Shown: positions 50,318 to 61,071, numbered from the stretch's first letter. The stretch is DNA of 64,000 nucleotides from Gammaproteobacteria bacterium (GCA_965209035.1 OZ242372.1:1920001-1984000); one strand, 5' to 3'. The notes: generated by a model not told the origin, from the letters alone. A program made the numbers and translations.

Positions 50318-51620
50318 TTCTCCCGTTAGCCCGGCTGCCTTGAGCCGGTTTGCCCGCGCCCAAAAAGTGATCCCCGGCGGGGTGAACTCGCCGGTGCGCG
50401 CATTCAAGTCGGTCGGCGGGACGCCGCCGTTCATTGCCCGGGCGGAAGGTCCTTTTTTGTTTGACGAGGATGGCAAGACCTACACGGATTTTGTTTGCTC
50501 CTGGGGAGCGATGCTTCTGGGGCATGCGGACACAGAGGTGAGTCGGGTGATCGCCGCGGCGGCCGGCAGGGGGCTTTCCTATGGTGCGCCGACTGTGACA
50601 GAAATTGAGATGGCGGAAAAGATCTGCGCGATGGTGCCTTCGGCGGAGATGGTGCGGATGGTGAATTCCGGCACCGAGGCGACCATGAGTGCCTTGCGTT
50701 TGGCGCGTGCTTGGAAGGGCAGAGACGAGATTGTTAAGTTTACCGGCTGCTACCACGGACACAGTGACTCCTTGTTGGCGGGTGCCGGTTCCGGTTTGTT
50801 GACTCTGTCCATTGCTTCTTCGCCGGGTGTGCCGGCGGCGATGATCAAAAACACACATAATCTGCCGTTTAACAATTGCCAAACACTGCGCGAGTATTTT
50901 GCCCGACTGGGTGACAAGACGGCGGCGGTTATTTTGGAGCCCATGGCGGGCAATATGAACTTTGTACCCGCGGATGCGGAATTTTTGCATTGTGCGCGCG
51001 AACTGTGCGACAAACACGGCAGTCTTCTTATCTTTGACGAGGTGATGACCGGCTTTCGCGTGGCACGCGGCGGCGCCCAATCGCATTACAAGGTGCTGCC
51101 GGATTTAACCTGTTGGGGCAAGGTGATAGGCGGTGGCTTGCCGATTGGGGCTTTCGGCGGGCGCGCGGAGATCATGCGGAACCTGGCACCGGAGGGGAAG
51201 GTGTATCAAGCGGGGACTCTTGCCGGTAATCCGGCGGTGATGGCGGTCGGGCTGCATATTCTGGGACGATTGGATGACGATGCCTTTTATGCCGACTTGC
51301 ATAAACGCACCGCCGGGTTTGCGCAGCGATTAACCGGGGCAGCCGAAAAGGCTGGGGTCCGGGTGGCTGCGCGCGCCCATGGCGGGATGCTGGGATTTTA
51401 TTGCGGGAATACGGAGTTCCCCCGCAATTTTGAAGAAGTATCGGCGTTGGATGTCCGTTTGTTTGCCAAGATATTCCATCTCTTGTTGGAGCGAGGGATT
51501 CATATGCCGCCTTCGGCTTACGAGGCATTTTTTGTTTCCGCCGCCCATACAGACGAGGTGTTGGAAGAGGCGGCGGAAACATTTGCCGCCGTGTTTGAAT
51601 TGTTGTCTCCAAAAAATTAA
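50310..51620 (+). CDS. hemL: Glutamate-1-semialdehyde 2,1-aminomutase
   Basis: PGGVNSPVRAF, NSGTEATMSA, FDEVMTGFR, GKVIGGG, YQAGTL. Confidence 0.97.
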   Translation: MSDSPVSPAALSRFARAQKVIPGGVNSPVRAFKSVGGTPPFIARAEGPFLFDEDGKTYTDFVCSWGAMLLGHADTEVSRVIAAAAGRGLSYGAPTVTEIEMAEKICAMVPSAEMVRMVNSGTEATMSALRLARAWKGRDEIVKFTGCYHGHSDSLLAGAGSGLLTLSIASSPGVPAAMIKNTHNLPFNNCQTLREYFARLGDKTAAVILEPMAGNMNFVPADAEFLHCARELCDKHGSLLIFDEVMTGFRVARGGAQSHYKVLPDLTCWGKVIGGGLPIGAFGGRAEIMRNLAPEGKVYQAGTLAGNPAVMAVGLHILGRLDDDAFYADLHKRTAGFAQRLTGAAEKAGVRVAARAHGGMLGFYCGNTEFPRNFEEVSALDVRLFAKIFHLLLERGIHMPPSAYEAFFVSAAHTDEVLEEAAETFAAVFELLSPKN

Positions 51621-51672
51621 GACTTCAAAACAAACCGGGAACATCAATGATTAATTGTTACTATCACAGAGG

Positions 51673-52878
51673 ATGTTTGAGTTAGACATTACCGCCATTA
51701 AGGAGCATTTTAATAAGATCAATAATGACTCCTCTCATTTTGTTAATTCCAACGATATATGTACTCCTATGGATTGCGTCATAGATATGGTCGATACTGT
51801 CCCCAAATCTTTTTGGGCGAAAAAAGACATTAGAGTATTGGATAGTTGTTGCGGGAACGGCAATTTTCATGCTTACATTGAAACTAAAACTCCTTTGGAA
51901 AACTTGTACTTTAACGAGATCAATGAAAAAAGAATTGCCAATTTACATCGGTATTTCGACCGCAAGATCAATTTTACGCGTAAAGATTTTCTGTCCTTTA
52001 ATGAGACGGAACATTATGATATGGTTGTATCCAACCCGCCTTATGCCTTATTCAGTAATGAAAAGCGCGCCTCCAAGAATCATAACCTGGCAAGAAGTTT
52101 TATACATAAGGCGTTGGATATCACAAAAAAGGGAGGGTATATCTTATTTATAGTTCCCAATAATTGGATGAGTTACTCCGATAGAAATACGCTTCCCGAA
52201 AGGATGAGCCGGTATCAATTTATACATCTTAATATTCACGGGGCAAAGAAATATTTTCCCAAGGTGGGTTCTTCGTTCACTTGGTTTTTATTGCAGAAAA
52301 CTCCCAACAGGCGCGAGTTCACCATTGAAAATAATTATGTTGTTAAAAATACTAAAAAAGTTTTTTTGAGCAAAGGGATCCATTTTATTCCGTTGTATTA
52401 CGACAATCTTGTCAAGAGTATCATTGAAAAAGTGGTATATACCGATCACCCCAAGTACCGGGTGGAAACTTCAAGTGATCTGCATAGGACGACGAGGGGA
52501 GATTTATTATCCAAGGACCCCACTCAAAATCATTTATATAAATTGATACATACGCCGACACAAACTATTTGGAGTCAACGCCCGCATAAGTATCAGGCCG
52601 GGGTCAAGGTTTTTATTTCGTTAACCAATCAATATCAATTATTTATTGATGACTGTGGCATGACACAGAGTATCGCGTTTATTCGGTGTCGCAATCAAAA
52701 AGAGGCGGAGTTGATCAGGCGCGAATTGAATAGCCCCGTTTATCGGTTTGTCAATAATATTACTCGGTATGGTAATTTTAATAATATTCGGGTTTTACAG
52801 AACTTGTCGTTACTTTCCACTGTTGCATTGTCAGCCGAAGAAACGGACTTTATCACTCATTTCAATGAATGCTACTAA
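51673..52878 (+). CDS. Amino (N6-adenine) DNA methyltransferase, type II R-M, probable Hpy188I-like partner
   Basis: LDSCCGNGNF motif I before SNPPY motif IV (gamma order); AT-rich; overlaps the endonuclease start. Confidence 0.88.
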   Translation: MFELDITAIKEHFNKINNDSSHFVNSNDICTPMDCVIDMVDTVPKSFWAKKDIRVLDSCCGNGNFHAYIETKTPLENLYFNEINEKRIANLHRYFDRKINFTRKDFLSFNETEHYDMVVSNPPYALFSNEKRASKNHNLARSFIHKALDITKKGGYILFIVPNNWMSYSDRNTLPERMSRYQFIHLNIHGAKKYFPKVGSSFTWFLLQKTPNRREFTIENNYVVKNTKKVFLSKGIHFIPLYYDNLVKSIIEKVVYTDHPKYRVETSSDLHRTTRGDLLSKDPTQNHLYKLIHTPTQTIWSQRPHKYQAGVKVFISLTNQYQLFIDDCGMTQSIAFIRCRNQKEAELIRRELNSPVYRFVNNITRYGNFNNIRVLQNLSLLSTVALSAEETDFITHFNECY

Positions 52879-53386
52879 GAAGAACCGCAATATCGTCTTG
52901 CTGAAGAGTGTGGATGAATTAAGCGGTGAGATCAATTATCAAAATTTTATGCGTAAAGATGACTTTACCCACATAGCCGACATAGTACCCAATGCGGAGT
53001 TCGAAAAATTGGACATAAAGTTTGTGGATGAAAAATATGAGAATATAGAAGGATTAATTTATGTATTCGTCATAGAGGATAAAATATTTAAGATTGGACA
53101 AACTATAGGGACTTTGGGAAGTAGGGTATCTTCTTATAACTGCGGTAAGACTGAGTATAGAATAGCCGGGACAAATTCTACAACAAATTACTTTGTCCTG
53201 CAATCATTAATCAAGATAGGCAAGACAGTAAAGGTATACGGACACTTTGCGAGTAAACAAGAATATAAAATTTGGGATGAAGAGGGTGAGGATTGTTTTC
53301 CCTCTGTCAAGGTCATTGAAAAAAAGTTGATACGGGATTTTAGTGCAAAGTATCATAAAAAGCCGATCGGGAATACGCAAAAATAG
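52865..53386 (+). CDS. GIY-YIG restriction endonuclease, R.Hpy188I-like (copy 1)
   Basis: LKSVDEL, EGLIYVFVIEDKIFKIG, SYNCGKTEYR, STTNYFVLQSL and KKPIGNTQ closely match R.Hpy188I as I recall it. Confidence 0.85.
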   Translation: MNATKKNRNIVLLKSVDELSGEINYQNFMRKDDFTHIADIVPNAEFEKLDIKFVDEKYENIEGLIYVFVIEDKIFKIGQTIGTLGSRVSSYNCGKTEYRIAGTNSTTNYFVLQSLIKIGKTVKVYGHFASKQEYKIWDEEGEDCFPSVKVIEKKLIRDFSAKYHKKPIGNTQK

Positions 53387-53663
53387 GATCGAGAAAAACT
53401 AAGAGGGTTTGTGTTTTATCTTATGACTTCGCATTTCATATTTCACGGGGTCCGTCCAATCTGTCGGAGTGCCAAAAAAACGGCAGCCGTATCGGGTAAC
53501 GCCCGGAAATGAAAGACAAGATGCTTCAAAATGCCACAAAATGTAACAAAATGCCACGATGTGATGTCAATTACTCTGTCAGCCACCGGATTTTTATTTA
53601 ACGAAGCAAAGGGTTGGATAGTATAGTGGTTGCGGGAAGAGGAACTTGTATGTTTAAATTTCA

Positions 53664-54188
53664 ATGAATGCTGCCAAGAAGAACCGCAACGATGCCTTCC
53701 TGAGGAGTGTGGATGAATTAAGCGGTGAGATTAATTACAAAAAATTTATGTATAGAGATCGATTTGATCACATAGCCGACATACTACCCAATGCGGAGCA
53801 CGAAAAATTGGATATAAAGTTTGTGGATGAAAAATATAAAAAATTAAAAGGATGGGTTTATGTATTCGTCATTGAGGGTAAGATATTTAAGATTGGACAA
53901 ACCATTAGGACTTTGAAAGACAGAATATCTTCTTATAACAGTGGCAAGGCCGAATATAGAGAACAGCAGGGGACAAACTCTACAACAAACTACTTTGTTC
54001 TGCAATCATTAATCAAAATAGGCAAGCCAGTAAAGGCGTACGGATATTTTGCTCATAAAGAAAAATACGAACTTTGGGGTGAGACGGGTAAGGATTCTTT
54101 TCCCTCAGCCAAAGTCATTGAAAAAAGGGTGATACGGGATTTTGTTAAAAAGCATCATAAAAAACCGATTGGGAATAGCCAAAGATAG
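53664..54188 (+). CDS. GIY-YIG restriction endonuclease, R.Hpy188I-like (copy 2, diverged paralog)
   Basis: Colinear with copy 1: GWVYVFVIEGKIFKIG, SYNSGKAEYR, STTNYFVLQSL, KKPIGNSQ. Confidence 0.85.
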   Translation: MNAAKKNRNDAFLRSVDELSGEINYKKFMYRDRFDHIADILPNAEHEKLDIKFVDEKYKKLKGWVYVFVIEGKIFKIGQTIRTLKDRISSYNSGKAEYREQQGTNSTTNYFVLQSLIKIGKPVKAYGYFAHKEKYELWGETGKDSFPSAKVIEKRVIRDFVKKHHKKPIGNSQR

Positions 54189-54365
54189 GATTGAGAAACC
54201 CCGGGGCTTGCGTTTTTGGTTTCGCATTTCGTATTTCAAGCTCCTCGTCCAATCCGTTGAAATGCCAAAAATGACAGCCGTATCGGGTAACGCCCGGCAA
54301 TTAGATACCGAGCACTTCCGGGATACCCGGTTGGTTTGGAGTTTTAAGCCGGGAGAGTTAGAGTT

Positions 54366-55217
54366 CTACTTAATCCCGTTTAGGATATTATCCAGCAGGC
54401 GCACCGGCAGGATGCGCCGCAGATACCAGAACAGGACGGACGGAAAGGTAATTCTGTAACGGCTCTTGGGGTTGCGGCTGTGCAAGGCCCTCAGAACGGC
54501 ACGGTTCACCGCTTCGGGTCCCAGCGTGAAGGGTGCGCTTTTGTTCTTGTTACGCAGATATCCGGCTTCTTCTTTGAGGTACTCCTGTTCGTGCAGACTT
54601 TCCGCCGGCTTGATCCATTTTTTGTATGCCAGATAGGCGTTTTTGCGAAAGTCCGAAGTGATGGGACCCGGCTCTATGAGGATCACGCGGATAGAACTGT
54701 CGCGCAATTCCAGACGCATGCCGTCGGCAAAACTTTCCAAAGCGTATTTGGTCGCGCAATAGGAGACTCTGTTTTTGAGAGTCACATAACCAAGAACCGA
54801 AGAGTTGTATAGAATCCGCCCCGGGATCTCGTGCCGGCGCATATGGCGGACGACCAGATTCGTGAGTTCTTGGGTGCCGAACACATTGGATTCAAAAATA
54901 GCGCGCAGGGCATCCCTGCCGGTGTCTTCCAATCGTCCGCCCATTCCCCAGCCGGCGTTGTTGAACAGAGCGTCCAGACGGCTGCCACTTTTTTGGGTTT
55001 GGGCAAGAGCCCATTCAAAACCGCGGCGAATACTCGCCGAATCGTCCAGGTCCAATTGCTCCGCATTCCAACCTTCGTTACGCAGTCTTGCCACATCGCT
55101 TGGTTTGCGGGCTGTGGGAAGAACATTCCAATGATGTTCCTTTAAACACCGGGCTGCGGCCAGCCCTATACCGCTTGAACAGCCGGTGATGAGTATTGCC
55201 CGGTTAGGCTTGTTCAA
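54366..55217 (-). CDS. Short-chain dehydrogenase/reductase (YbbO-like)
   Basis: TGCSSGIG, NNAG, YCATK, IEPGPI. Confidence 0.9.
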   Translation of the reverse strand: MNKPNRAILITGCSSGIGLAAARCLKEHHWNVLPTARKPSDVARLRNEGWNAEQLDLDDSASIRRGFEWALAQTQKSGSRLDALFNNAGWGMGGRLEDTGRDALRAIFESNVFGTQELTNLVVRHMRRHEIPGRILYNSSVLGYVTLKNRVSYCATKYALESFADGMRLELRDSSIRVILIEPGPITSDFRKNAYLAYKKWIKPAESLHEQEYLKEEAGYLRNKNKSAPFTLGPEAVNRAVLRALHSRNPKSRYRITFPSVLFWYLRRILPVRLLDNILNGIK

Positions 55218-56208
55218 GATGGTTTTCTTTCATAGACTGCGAATCGCTGCCACCGATGACCACTTTGGATTCCAAGGCGAGTTTGCATCCTTTAAGCGCG
55301 CTGAGTTCCGTTTTGATGATGTAGGTGGGTATCTCGCGCATATAACCGTCAAATCGTCCCTTGCTGTCAAACCGGGCGCGCAGGGCACTTTTAACAAAAT
55401 AGTCCAAATTCTTTTGGACAATGCCGCCGCCGAGATAGATGCCACCGAAGGCGCCCAGCACCAATGCCAGGTCGCCGGCGATATCTCCCAGCGCGGAGGC
55501 GAACATATCCAGGGCTTCCATGCAAGATTCGCTTTGTTTGTTTAGAGCCCGACGGACAATTTCTTGGGCGTCCGTGGGTTGGATGGGATTTTCATTCAGG
55601 ACGCAGATTGCGCGGTAAAGCCGTTCCAGACCGCTGCCGGTCAGGATGCGCTCGGCGGATATGCGCGGCAATTCCCGGCGGATGATGCGGGCGACGGACC
55701 ACTCGCGTTCGGTTCTGGGAGCAAAAGAAATATGTCCGCCTTCGCCGGCAAGAGCCGTCCAATCGCTGCCGTTCCAGACGAGACCGGACATCCCCATGCC
55801 GGTGCCGGGCCCCAGTACGCCGATAGGATGAAAAGAACGACTTGTGCCGGAACCGAACTTAACATAGTCTTCTTCTTTGAGAAGGGGGACGGCCAACGCG
55901 AGAGCGGTGAAATCGTTGATGACGAGTAATCGTTTTAATTTAAGAGTCTGTTGGAGATTTTTTTTGTAAAACTGCCAGTTACTGTTGGTGAGTTGCACCA
56001 GTTGATTGTGTGCCGGGCAGGCAACCGCTATGCAGGCTTCTTCAACGCTTGCTTCGGCCTTTTGCAGATAGTGTTTTATGGCGTCGCCCGGTCTGGCGAA
56101 GTCGCGCACCGGCAAAATATGTTCGTTGAAGATCTTCTTGCCGTCTGTCAGGGCGAAGCGGGCGTTGGTCCCGCCTATGTCGGCAACCAAAGAGAGTGTT
56201 GCGGTCAT
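55204..56208 (-). CDS. glk: Glucokinase
   Basis: DIGGTNARF, INDFTA, GPGTGMG, GEGGH, SAERILTGSG, RFDSKGRF. Confidence 0.95.
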   Translation of the reverse strand: MTATLSLVADIGGTNARFALTDGKKIFNEHILPVRDFARPGDAIKHYLQKAEASVEEACIAVACPAHNQLVQLTNSNWQFYKKNLQQTLKLKRLLVINDFTALALAVPLLKEEDYVKFGSGTSRSFHPIGVLGPGTGMGMSGLVWNGSDWTALAGEGGHISFAPRTEREWSVARIIRRELPRISAERILTGSGLERLYRAICVLNENPIQPTDAQEIVRRALNKQSESCMEALDMFASALGDIAGDLALVLGAFGGIYLGGGIVQKNLDYFVKSALRARFDSKGRFDGYMREIPTYIIKTELSALKGCKLALESKVVIGGSDSQSMKENHLEQA

Positions 56209-57173
56209 TTTCCGAAGTTCAGGACTTCTTCCAGGGTGGGCGCGGAAGTGGCGGAGCCGCGACGCGTGGTGGAGATGGCGGCGGAGCGGTTGGCAAAATT
56301 GAGGAACTCTTCCAAATACAAAGAGACTTCTTGCGGGGCGATGTTTTTTTCCAGCATGGAAAACAGAAACGCGGCAATGAAAGTGTCGCCCGCCGCCGCC
56401 GTATCAATGGTGTTTCCTTTAATTCCCGGGATGTCAAACTTGTCTCCTTGTTCGGTGAAGGCGAGGCAGCCGTTCGATCCCCGTGTCAGGATCAGCAGGC
56501 GGCATTTCATTGCCAGTAGTTCAACTACCACTTCGTCCGGGCTGCGGTTTGGGAATAGTGTTTGCAATTCTATGTCCGACATTTTGATCAGGTCCGCAAG
56601 CGGGAAGAGTTCGCGCACTCTTTGAACCAAAAGTTGGCTGTCTTCCCATAAGACCGGGCGCAAATTGGGATCATAACTGACCGTCACCCCGTGCTTGACC
56701 GCCATTTCCATACCTGTGCGGGTGGATGCGTGGGATGCCGGCGTGACCTGGCAATTGGATCCGCAATGAAAATAGGCGGCATCGGCAAACCACTCATCCC
56801 GCCAATCTTTGGCGTGAAATGCCAAGTCGGCTGCCATCGCGGGATGACGGTAAAAATGAAAATCGCGCTCTCCCGATGCGTCGTGACTGACGAATGCCAG
56901 CGGAGTTGCCACCTCGTCCGATTGCAGACAACAGTCGGTGCGGACACCCGCCCGGCGCAGTTCGTCCAAAAGAAAATCGCCAAAGAAGTCCCGCCCAGTT
57001 TTGCCGACAAAGTAGGCGTCGCCGCCCAGTTTTGCCAGAGCCACCGCCACATTGGCGGGAGCACCGCCAAGAAATTTTTGGTAACATTCCAACTGCTCGC
57101 CGCCCTCGCTGATGTGCCGGGGGTGGAAGTCTATGAGAAGTTCGCCGAAGGAAAGAACCTTGCGAGAGGGCAT
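56205..57173 (-). CDS. PfkB-family carbohydrate kinase (probable fructokinase)
   Basis: GGAPANVA, DPNLRP, DTAAAGDTF. Confidence 0.88.
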   Translation of the reverse strand: MPSRKVLSFGELLIDFHPRHISEGGEQLECYQKFLGGAPANVAVALAKLGGDAYFVGKTGRDFFGDFLLDELRRAGVRTDCCLQSDEVATPLAFVSHDASGERDFHFYRHPAMAADLAFHAKDWRDEWFADAAYFHCGSNCQVTPASHASTRTGMEMAVKHGVTVSYDPNLRPVLWEDSQLLVQRVRELFPLADLIKMSDIELQTLFPNRSPDEVVVELLAMKCRLLILTRGSNGCLAFTEQGDKFDIPGIKGNTIDTAAAGDTFIAAFLFSMLEKNIAPQEVSLYLEEFLNFANRSAAISTTRRGSATSAPTLEEVLNFGK

Positions 57174-57195
57174 GTTGTTTGTTTTTCCGGCTCTT

Positions 57196-58290
57196 TTATG
57201 TCAGGCAGGTTCCGTTCTTATCAAAGAAGTAGCAGTCGGTCGGTTGAATGTACAGGTTGATCTTGCGTTGGCTTTCTTTAAGATTATTTACCTGACAGGT
57301 GACCAGCGTGTCCACATTAATTTGGATATAGCCGTATGATGTGTTGCCGAGTGCCTCAATGGTGACCAATTCTCCTTTAAAAACGAGGGCATTCTTCTCG
57401 CCTCCCTCAACGGAAACGGATTCGGGGCGGACACCGAGGGTGACGGTTTCGCCTTTCTTCAATTTGCCGGGTTGGATGTTGCGTCCCGCGGGGAAGATCA
57501 CCCGGCTTTGACCGGGCACTTCCAAAGAGACGCTCTTGCCGGAGACATCGCCGATGCGACATTTGATGAAGTTCATTGCCGGCGAGCCGATGAATCCCGC
57601 CACGAACAGATTGCGGGGTCTTTCATAGAGTTCCAGCGGGGCGCCGATCTGCTCCACCTTGCCTTGGTTCAAAACGACGATGCGGTCGGCAAGCGTCATT
57701 GCTTCCACTTGGTCGTGTGTGACATAAATCATTGTAGTTTTAAGTTTTTGGTGCAGTTTGCTCATCTCAATACGCATCTGCACTCGCAGGGCGGCATCCA
57801 GGTTGGACAGAGGCTCGTCAAACAAAAAGATGTTCGGTTGGCGGACAATGGTTCTGCCGATAGCAACCCGTTGTCGCTGGCCGCCGGACAATTCTTTGGG
57901 CTTGTATTTCAAGAGATGATCGATCTGCAGGGTTTCGGCGGCGACTGTGACCCGTTGCCGGATATCCTCTTCGCTGACCTTGAGATTGCGCAGCCCGAAA
58001 GCCATATTTTCGTAAACATCCATATGCGGATACAAGGCATAGGATTGAAAGACCATAGCCACATTGCGTTTTACCGGCGGGACATCGTTCATCAGGGTGC
58101 CTTGCATCCGCAATTCGCCGGCGGTGATATCTTCCAGTCCGGCAATTAAGCGCAGGAGTGTGGATTTGCCGCAGCCGGAAGGACCGACAAAAACGATGAA
58201 CTCGCCTTTTTCCACCTCAAAGGATACATCTTTGATGATTTGGCTTGTGCCAAAGTGTTTGGAAACGGATACTAATTTAATGTGTGACAT
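57196..58290 (-). CDS. Sugar ABC transporter ATP-binding subunit (MalK/MsmX family)
   Basis: GPSGCGKST, LSGGQRQR, DEPLSNLD, FIGSPAMN. Confidence 0.95.
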   Translation of the reverse strand: MSHIKLVSVSKHFGTSQIIKDVSFEVEKGEFIVFVGPSGCGKSTLLRLIAGLEDITAGELRMQGTLMNDVPPVKRNVAMVFQSYALYPHMDVYENMAFGLRNLKVSEEDIRQRVTVAAETLQIDHLLKYKPKELSGGQRQRVAIGRTIVRQPNIFLFDEPLSNLDAALRVQMRIEMSKLHQKLKTTMIYVTHDQVEAMTLADRIVVLNQGKVEQIGAPLELYERPRNLFVAGFIGSPAMNFIKCRIGDVSGKSVSLEVPGQSRVIFPAGRNIQPGKLKKGETVTLGVRPESVSVEGGEKNALVFKGELVTIEALGNTSYGYIQINVDTLVTCQVNNLKESQRKINLYIQPTDCYFFDKNGTCLT

Positions 58291-58328
58291 AATTTTTTAT
58301 TCTTTTTTCTTTTATGATTTTGTATGAT

Positions 58329-59966
58329 TTATTGTTTTGATTGCATTAAGCAAACGCCGTAAGGGGGCATCAAGACGGACTTGCCGTCTTTGCTAATTCG
58401 GGCGTCTATGCGGGCGTCTTGCTTGACTTGGCTGCCCTCAAAAGATTGCTTGATCTCTGTTTTGTTTGCGGTTAGGTTGAACAGGCACAATAATTGTTGA
58501 TTTAATTTTTGATTAGTGTGCGTTCGGGTGAAGCCGATGATCCCGCCGGGCAAGCGGTGTATTTCCATATCACCCGTCCAAAAATCCCCCAATTCTTTCC
58601 GCCATTGCAACAAACGACGGGTGAAACTTAGCATGGAATTTTTGTCCGCCGCTTGTTTGTCCGCGGCCATGGCGATCTGTCTCTTGTCCGCAGGCAGCCA
58701 GGGGGTTGCTTGGGAAAATCCGCCGTTGGGTGCGGATGCGCCCCAGGGCATGGGAGTGCGACAGCCGTCCCGCCCTTTGTATTCCGGCCAGAATTCAATA
58801 CCGAAGGGATCGCGGAGATCCTTGCGGGCGATGTCCGCTTCCGGCAAGCCGAGTTCTTCGCCCTGATAGATGCAGGGGGTGCCGCGCATGGTCAGTAACA
58901 AAGTCATCATCATGCGTGTGAACGCCGGCAGATGCTTCTTTTCTTTGGGGCCGCGACTGGCGACACGCATCACATCGTGATTGCTGAACGCCCAACAGGG
59001 CCAGCCGTCTTTAAGATGTTTGTCCAGATAAAGAAAAATGTCATTGAACCGCTCGGCGTCAAAGTGGCTGAGAAAGCCAAAAGTATAAGCGGTGTGCAGC
59101 CGTTTTTGTGTTTGGGTGTATAGGCTGAGAATATCCAATTGTCCGTCGCCGCCAATTTCTCCCACCAGCATCCGTGCTTTGTATTTGTCAGTCAGGGCGC
59201 GCAAACTCTCGATGAAGGGGAGATTGTGTTTGTAATAGATATCGTATCGGTGCTCCTGTTTGAAATAAGGATTCACCTCAATGATATTGAAAGCCTTTGC
59301 CGAGGCGGGGGGGTTGTCGCGCAGTTTGGGGTCTTGCAAGTAGCAGTGTGCCGTATCCAGACGAAATCCGTCCACTCCTTTATCAAGCCAAAACTTGGCA
59401 GCTTTTAAAAGCGCTTTTTGGACTTGCGGGTTGTTGAAATTCAGGTCCGGTTGCTCCTTGAGAAACTGGTGCAAGTAGTATTGGCAGCGGCGCGTATCCC
59501 ACTGCCAGGCACTGCCGCCAAATACCGCCTGCCAGTTGTTCGGCGGGCTGCCGTCTTTTTTGGCGTCGGCCCAGACATACCAGTCGGCTTTCGGGTTTTT
59601 ACGGTCTTGGCGCGACGCAACAAACCATGCGTGGCGATCCGATGTATGGTTGTAGACCTGGTCAATGATGAGTTTCAGCCCGGCTCTGTGTGTTGCCGCA
59701 AGCAGCTTGTCAAAATCGGCCATAGTGCCGAACATCGGGTCTATGGCGCAGTAGTCTTCCACATCATAACCATAATCTTTCATCGGCGATTTGAAAAACG
59801 GCGAGAGCCACAGGGCATCCGCCCCCAAAGATTTCAAATAGTCCATTTTGGCGCGAATCCCGTTAAGGTCGCCGACTTCTTTGTTTTTGGCGGAGAAGAA
59901 ACTGCGCGGATATACTTGATAGATGGTGCCGATACGCCACCAGTCCGGAGTAAAAGAATGTTTCAT
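58329..59966 (-). CDS. GH13 alpha-glucosidase
   Basis: IYQVYPRSF, DYGYD, NHTS, QPDLN, GFRLD, VGEI, SNHD, RDGCRTPMPW. Confidence 0.93.
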   Translation of the reverse strand: MKHSFTPDWWRIGTIYQVYPRSFFSAKNKEVGDLNGIRAKMDYLKSLGADALWLSPFFKSPMKDYGYDVEDYCAIDPMFGTMADFDKLLAATHRAGLKLIIDQVYNHTSDRHAWFVASRQDRKNPKADWYVWADAKKDGSPPNNWQAVFGGSAWQWDTRRCQYYLHQFLKEQPDLNFNNPQVQKALLKAAKFWLDKGVDGFRLDTAHCYLQDPKLRDNPPASAKAFNIIEVNPYFKQEHRYDIYYKHNLPFIESLRALTDKYKARMLVGEIGGDGQLDILSLYTQTQKRLHTAYTFGFLSHFDAERFNDIFLYLDKHLKDGWPCWAFSNHDVMRVASRGPKEKKHLPAFTRMMMTLLLTMRGTPCIYQGEELGLPEADIARKDLRDPFGIEFWPEYKGRDGCRTPMPWGASAPNGGFSQATPWLPADKRQIAMAADKQAADKNSMLSFTRRLLQWRKELGDFWTGDMEIHRLPGGIIGFTRTHTNQKLNQQLLCLFNLTANKTEIKQSFEGSQVKQDARIDARISKDGKSVLMPPYGVCLMQSKQ

Positions 59967-60000
59967 AAGTGGTTCATAAATGTTTCATAAATTCCGTGGT

Positions 60001-61035
60001 TTAACCCTTCACGGCACCCGCGGTCAGGCCGGAGATGATGCGTTGTTGAAAAACAAGAACCATAATGACCAGAGGAACAGTTACTATCACCGATGCGGCC
60101 ATGATATTCCCCCAGGGGATTTCCCGCTCGGTGGTTCCGCTGAGCAGGGCGATTGCGACGGGAACCGTGCGCTGTGTATCGCGCAGAATGAAAGTGAGTG
60201 CGAACAAGAATTCGTTCCAGGCGGCGATGAATGCCAATAGGCCGGTGGTGATCAAAGAAGGCCAGAGTAACGGCATAAACACTTTGAAGATGATGCGCAA
60301 GGGGCCGGCACCGTCCATGATGGCGGCTTCTTCCAATTCCAGCGGAAGTTCGCGCATGAAAGCGGTGAGAACCCAGACGGTGAAAGGCAGGGTGAAGATC
60401 ATATAGGAAAAAATCAGCGAACCCAGATGATTAAACAAACCGAAAATGGAAATCAACTCAAACAGCCCGGACAGCACCGATATTTGCGGGAACATAGAAA
60501 CGGACAGGATGGTGAGCAGCAAAATTCCGCGCCCGCGAAAGCGGATGCGGCTTAACGAAAAACTTGCCGTTACCGCCAACAGCAGAGAAAGGCAGACAAC
60601 CACCGAGGCGACTATGACGGAATTGAGCAGATTGTATGCGAAATAGTTATTGCGAAATACGGATACATAGTTACCGATGGAAAAAGAGTCGGGGAGATAA
60701 TTGACTTCAAAAATGGCGGTGCCGCTTTCCAGCGAAGTCAGTATGGCATAGTAAAACGGAAAAACGGAAAACAGCGCAATGGCGAGCACCATCCAGACAT
60801 ACCAGAGTCGGTTTGTCTGACCGAACAGATAAACAACATAATTAATGCCGACACAGAGAGCGAGAACGCCTGTGTCCGCCACCGCGCCGAATTCCGCGCC
60901 GGAGCCGCGCAGCACAGTTCTTGCCACCACCCAAAGGATGAGAACCTGCACCGCAATTTGCCACAAATTGGAAATATGCGGAATCCGGGCGTTTTGGGTG
61001 ATTATGCTTGTTTGGGTTTTTGTCTGTGTTGTCAT
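60001..61035 (-). CDS. Carbohydrate ABC transporter permease (MalG-like)
   Basis: ELEEAAIMDGA (EAA loop), AWNEF, SGLTAGAVKG. Confidence 0.93.
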   Translation of the reverse strand: MTTQTKTQTSIITQNARIPHISNLWQIAVQVLILWVVARTVLRGSGAEFGAVADTGVLALCVGINYVVYLFGQTNRLWYVWMVLAIALFSVFPFYYAILTSLESGTAIFEVNYLPDSFSIGNYVSVFRNNYFAYNLLNSVIVASVVVCLSLLLAVTASFSLSRIRFRGRGILLLTILSVSMFPQISVLSGLFELISIFGLFNHLGSLIFSYMIFTLPFTVWVLTAFMRELPLELEEAAIMDGAGPLRIIFKVFMPLLWPSLITTGLLAFIAAWNEFLFALTFILRDTQRTVPVAIALLSGTTEREIPWGNIMAASVIVTVPLVIMVLVFQQRIISGLTAGAVKG

Positions 61036-61071
61036 TTTTTATCTGTTATGTTTGAGGATATTTAGTGATGT

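Noticed and set aside
53387-54300. Shared sequence after each endonuclease gene as integron attC sites
   Set aside because: No convincing RYYYAAC/GTTRRRY box pair and no integron integrase; tandem duplication is simpler
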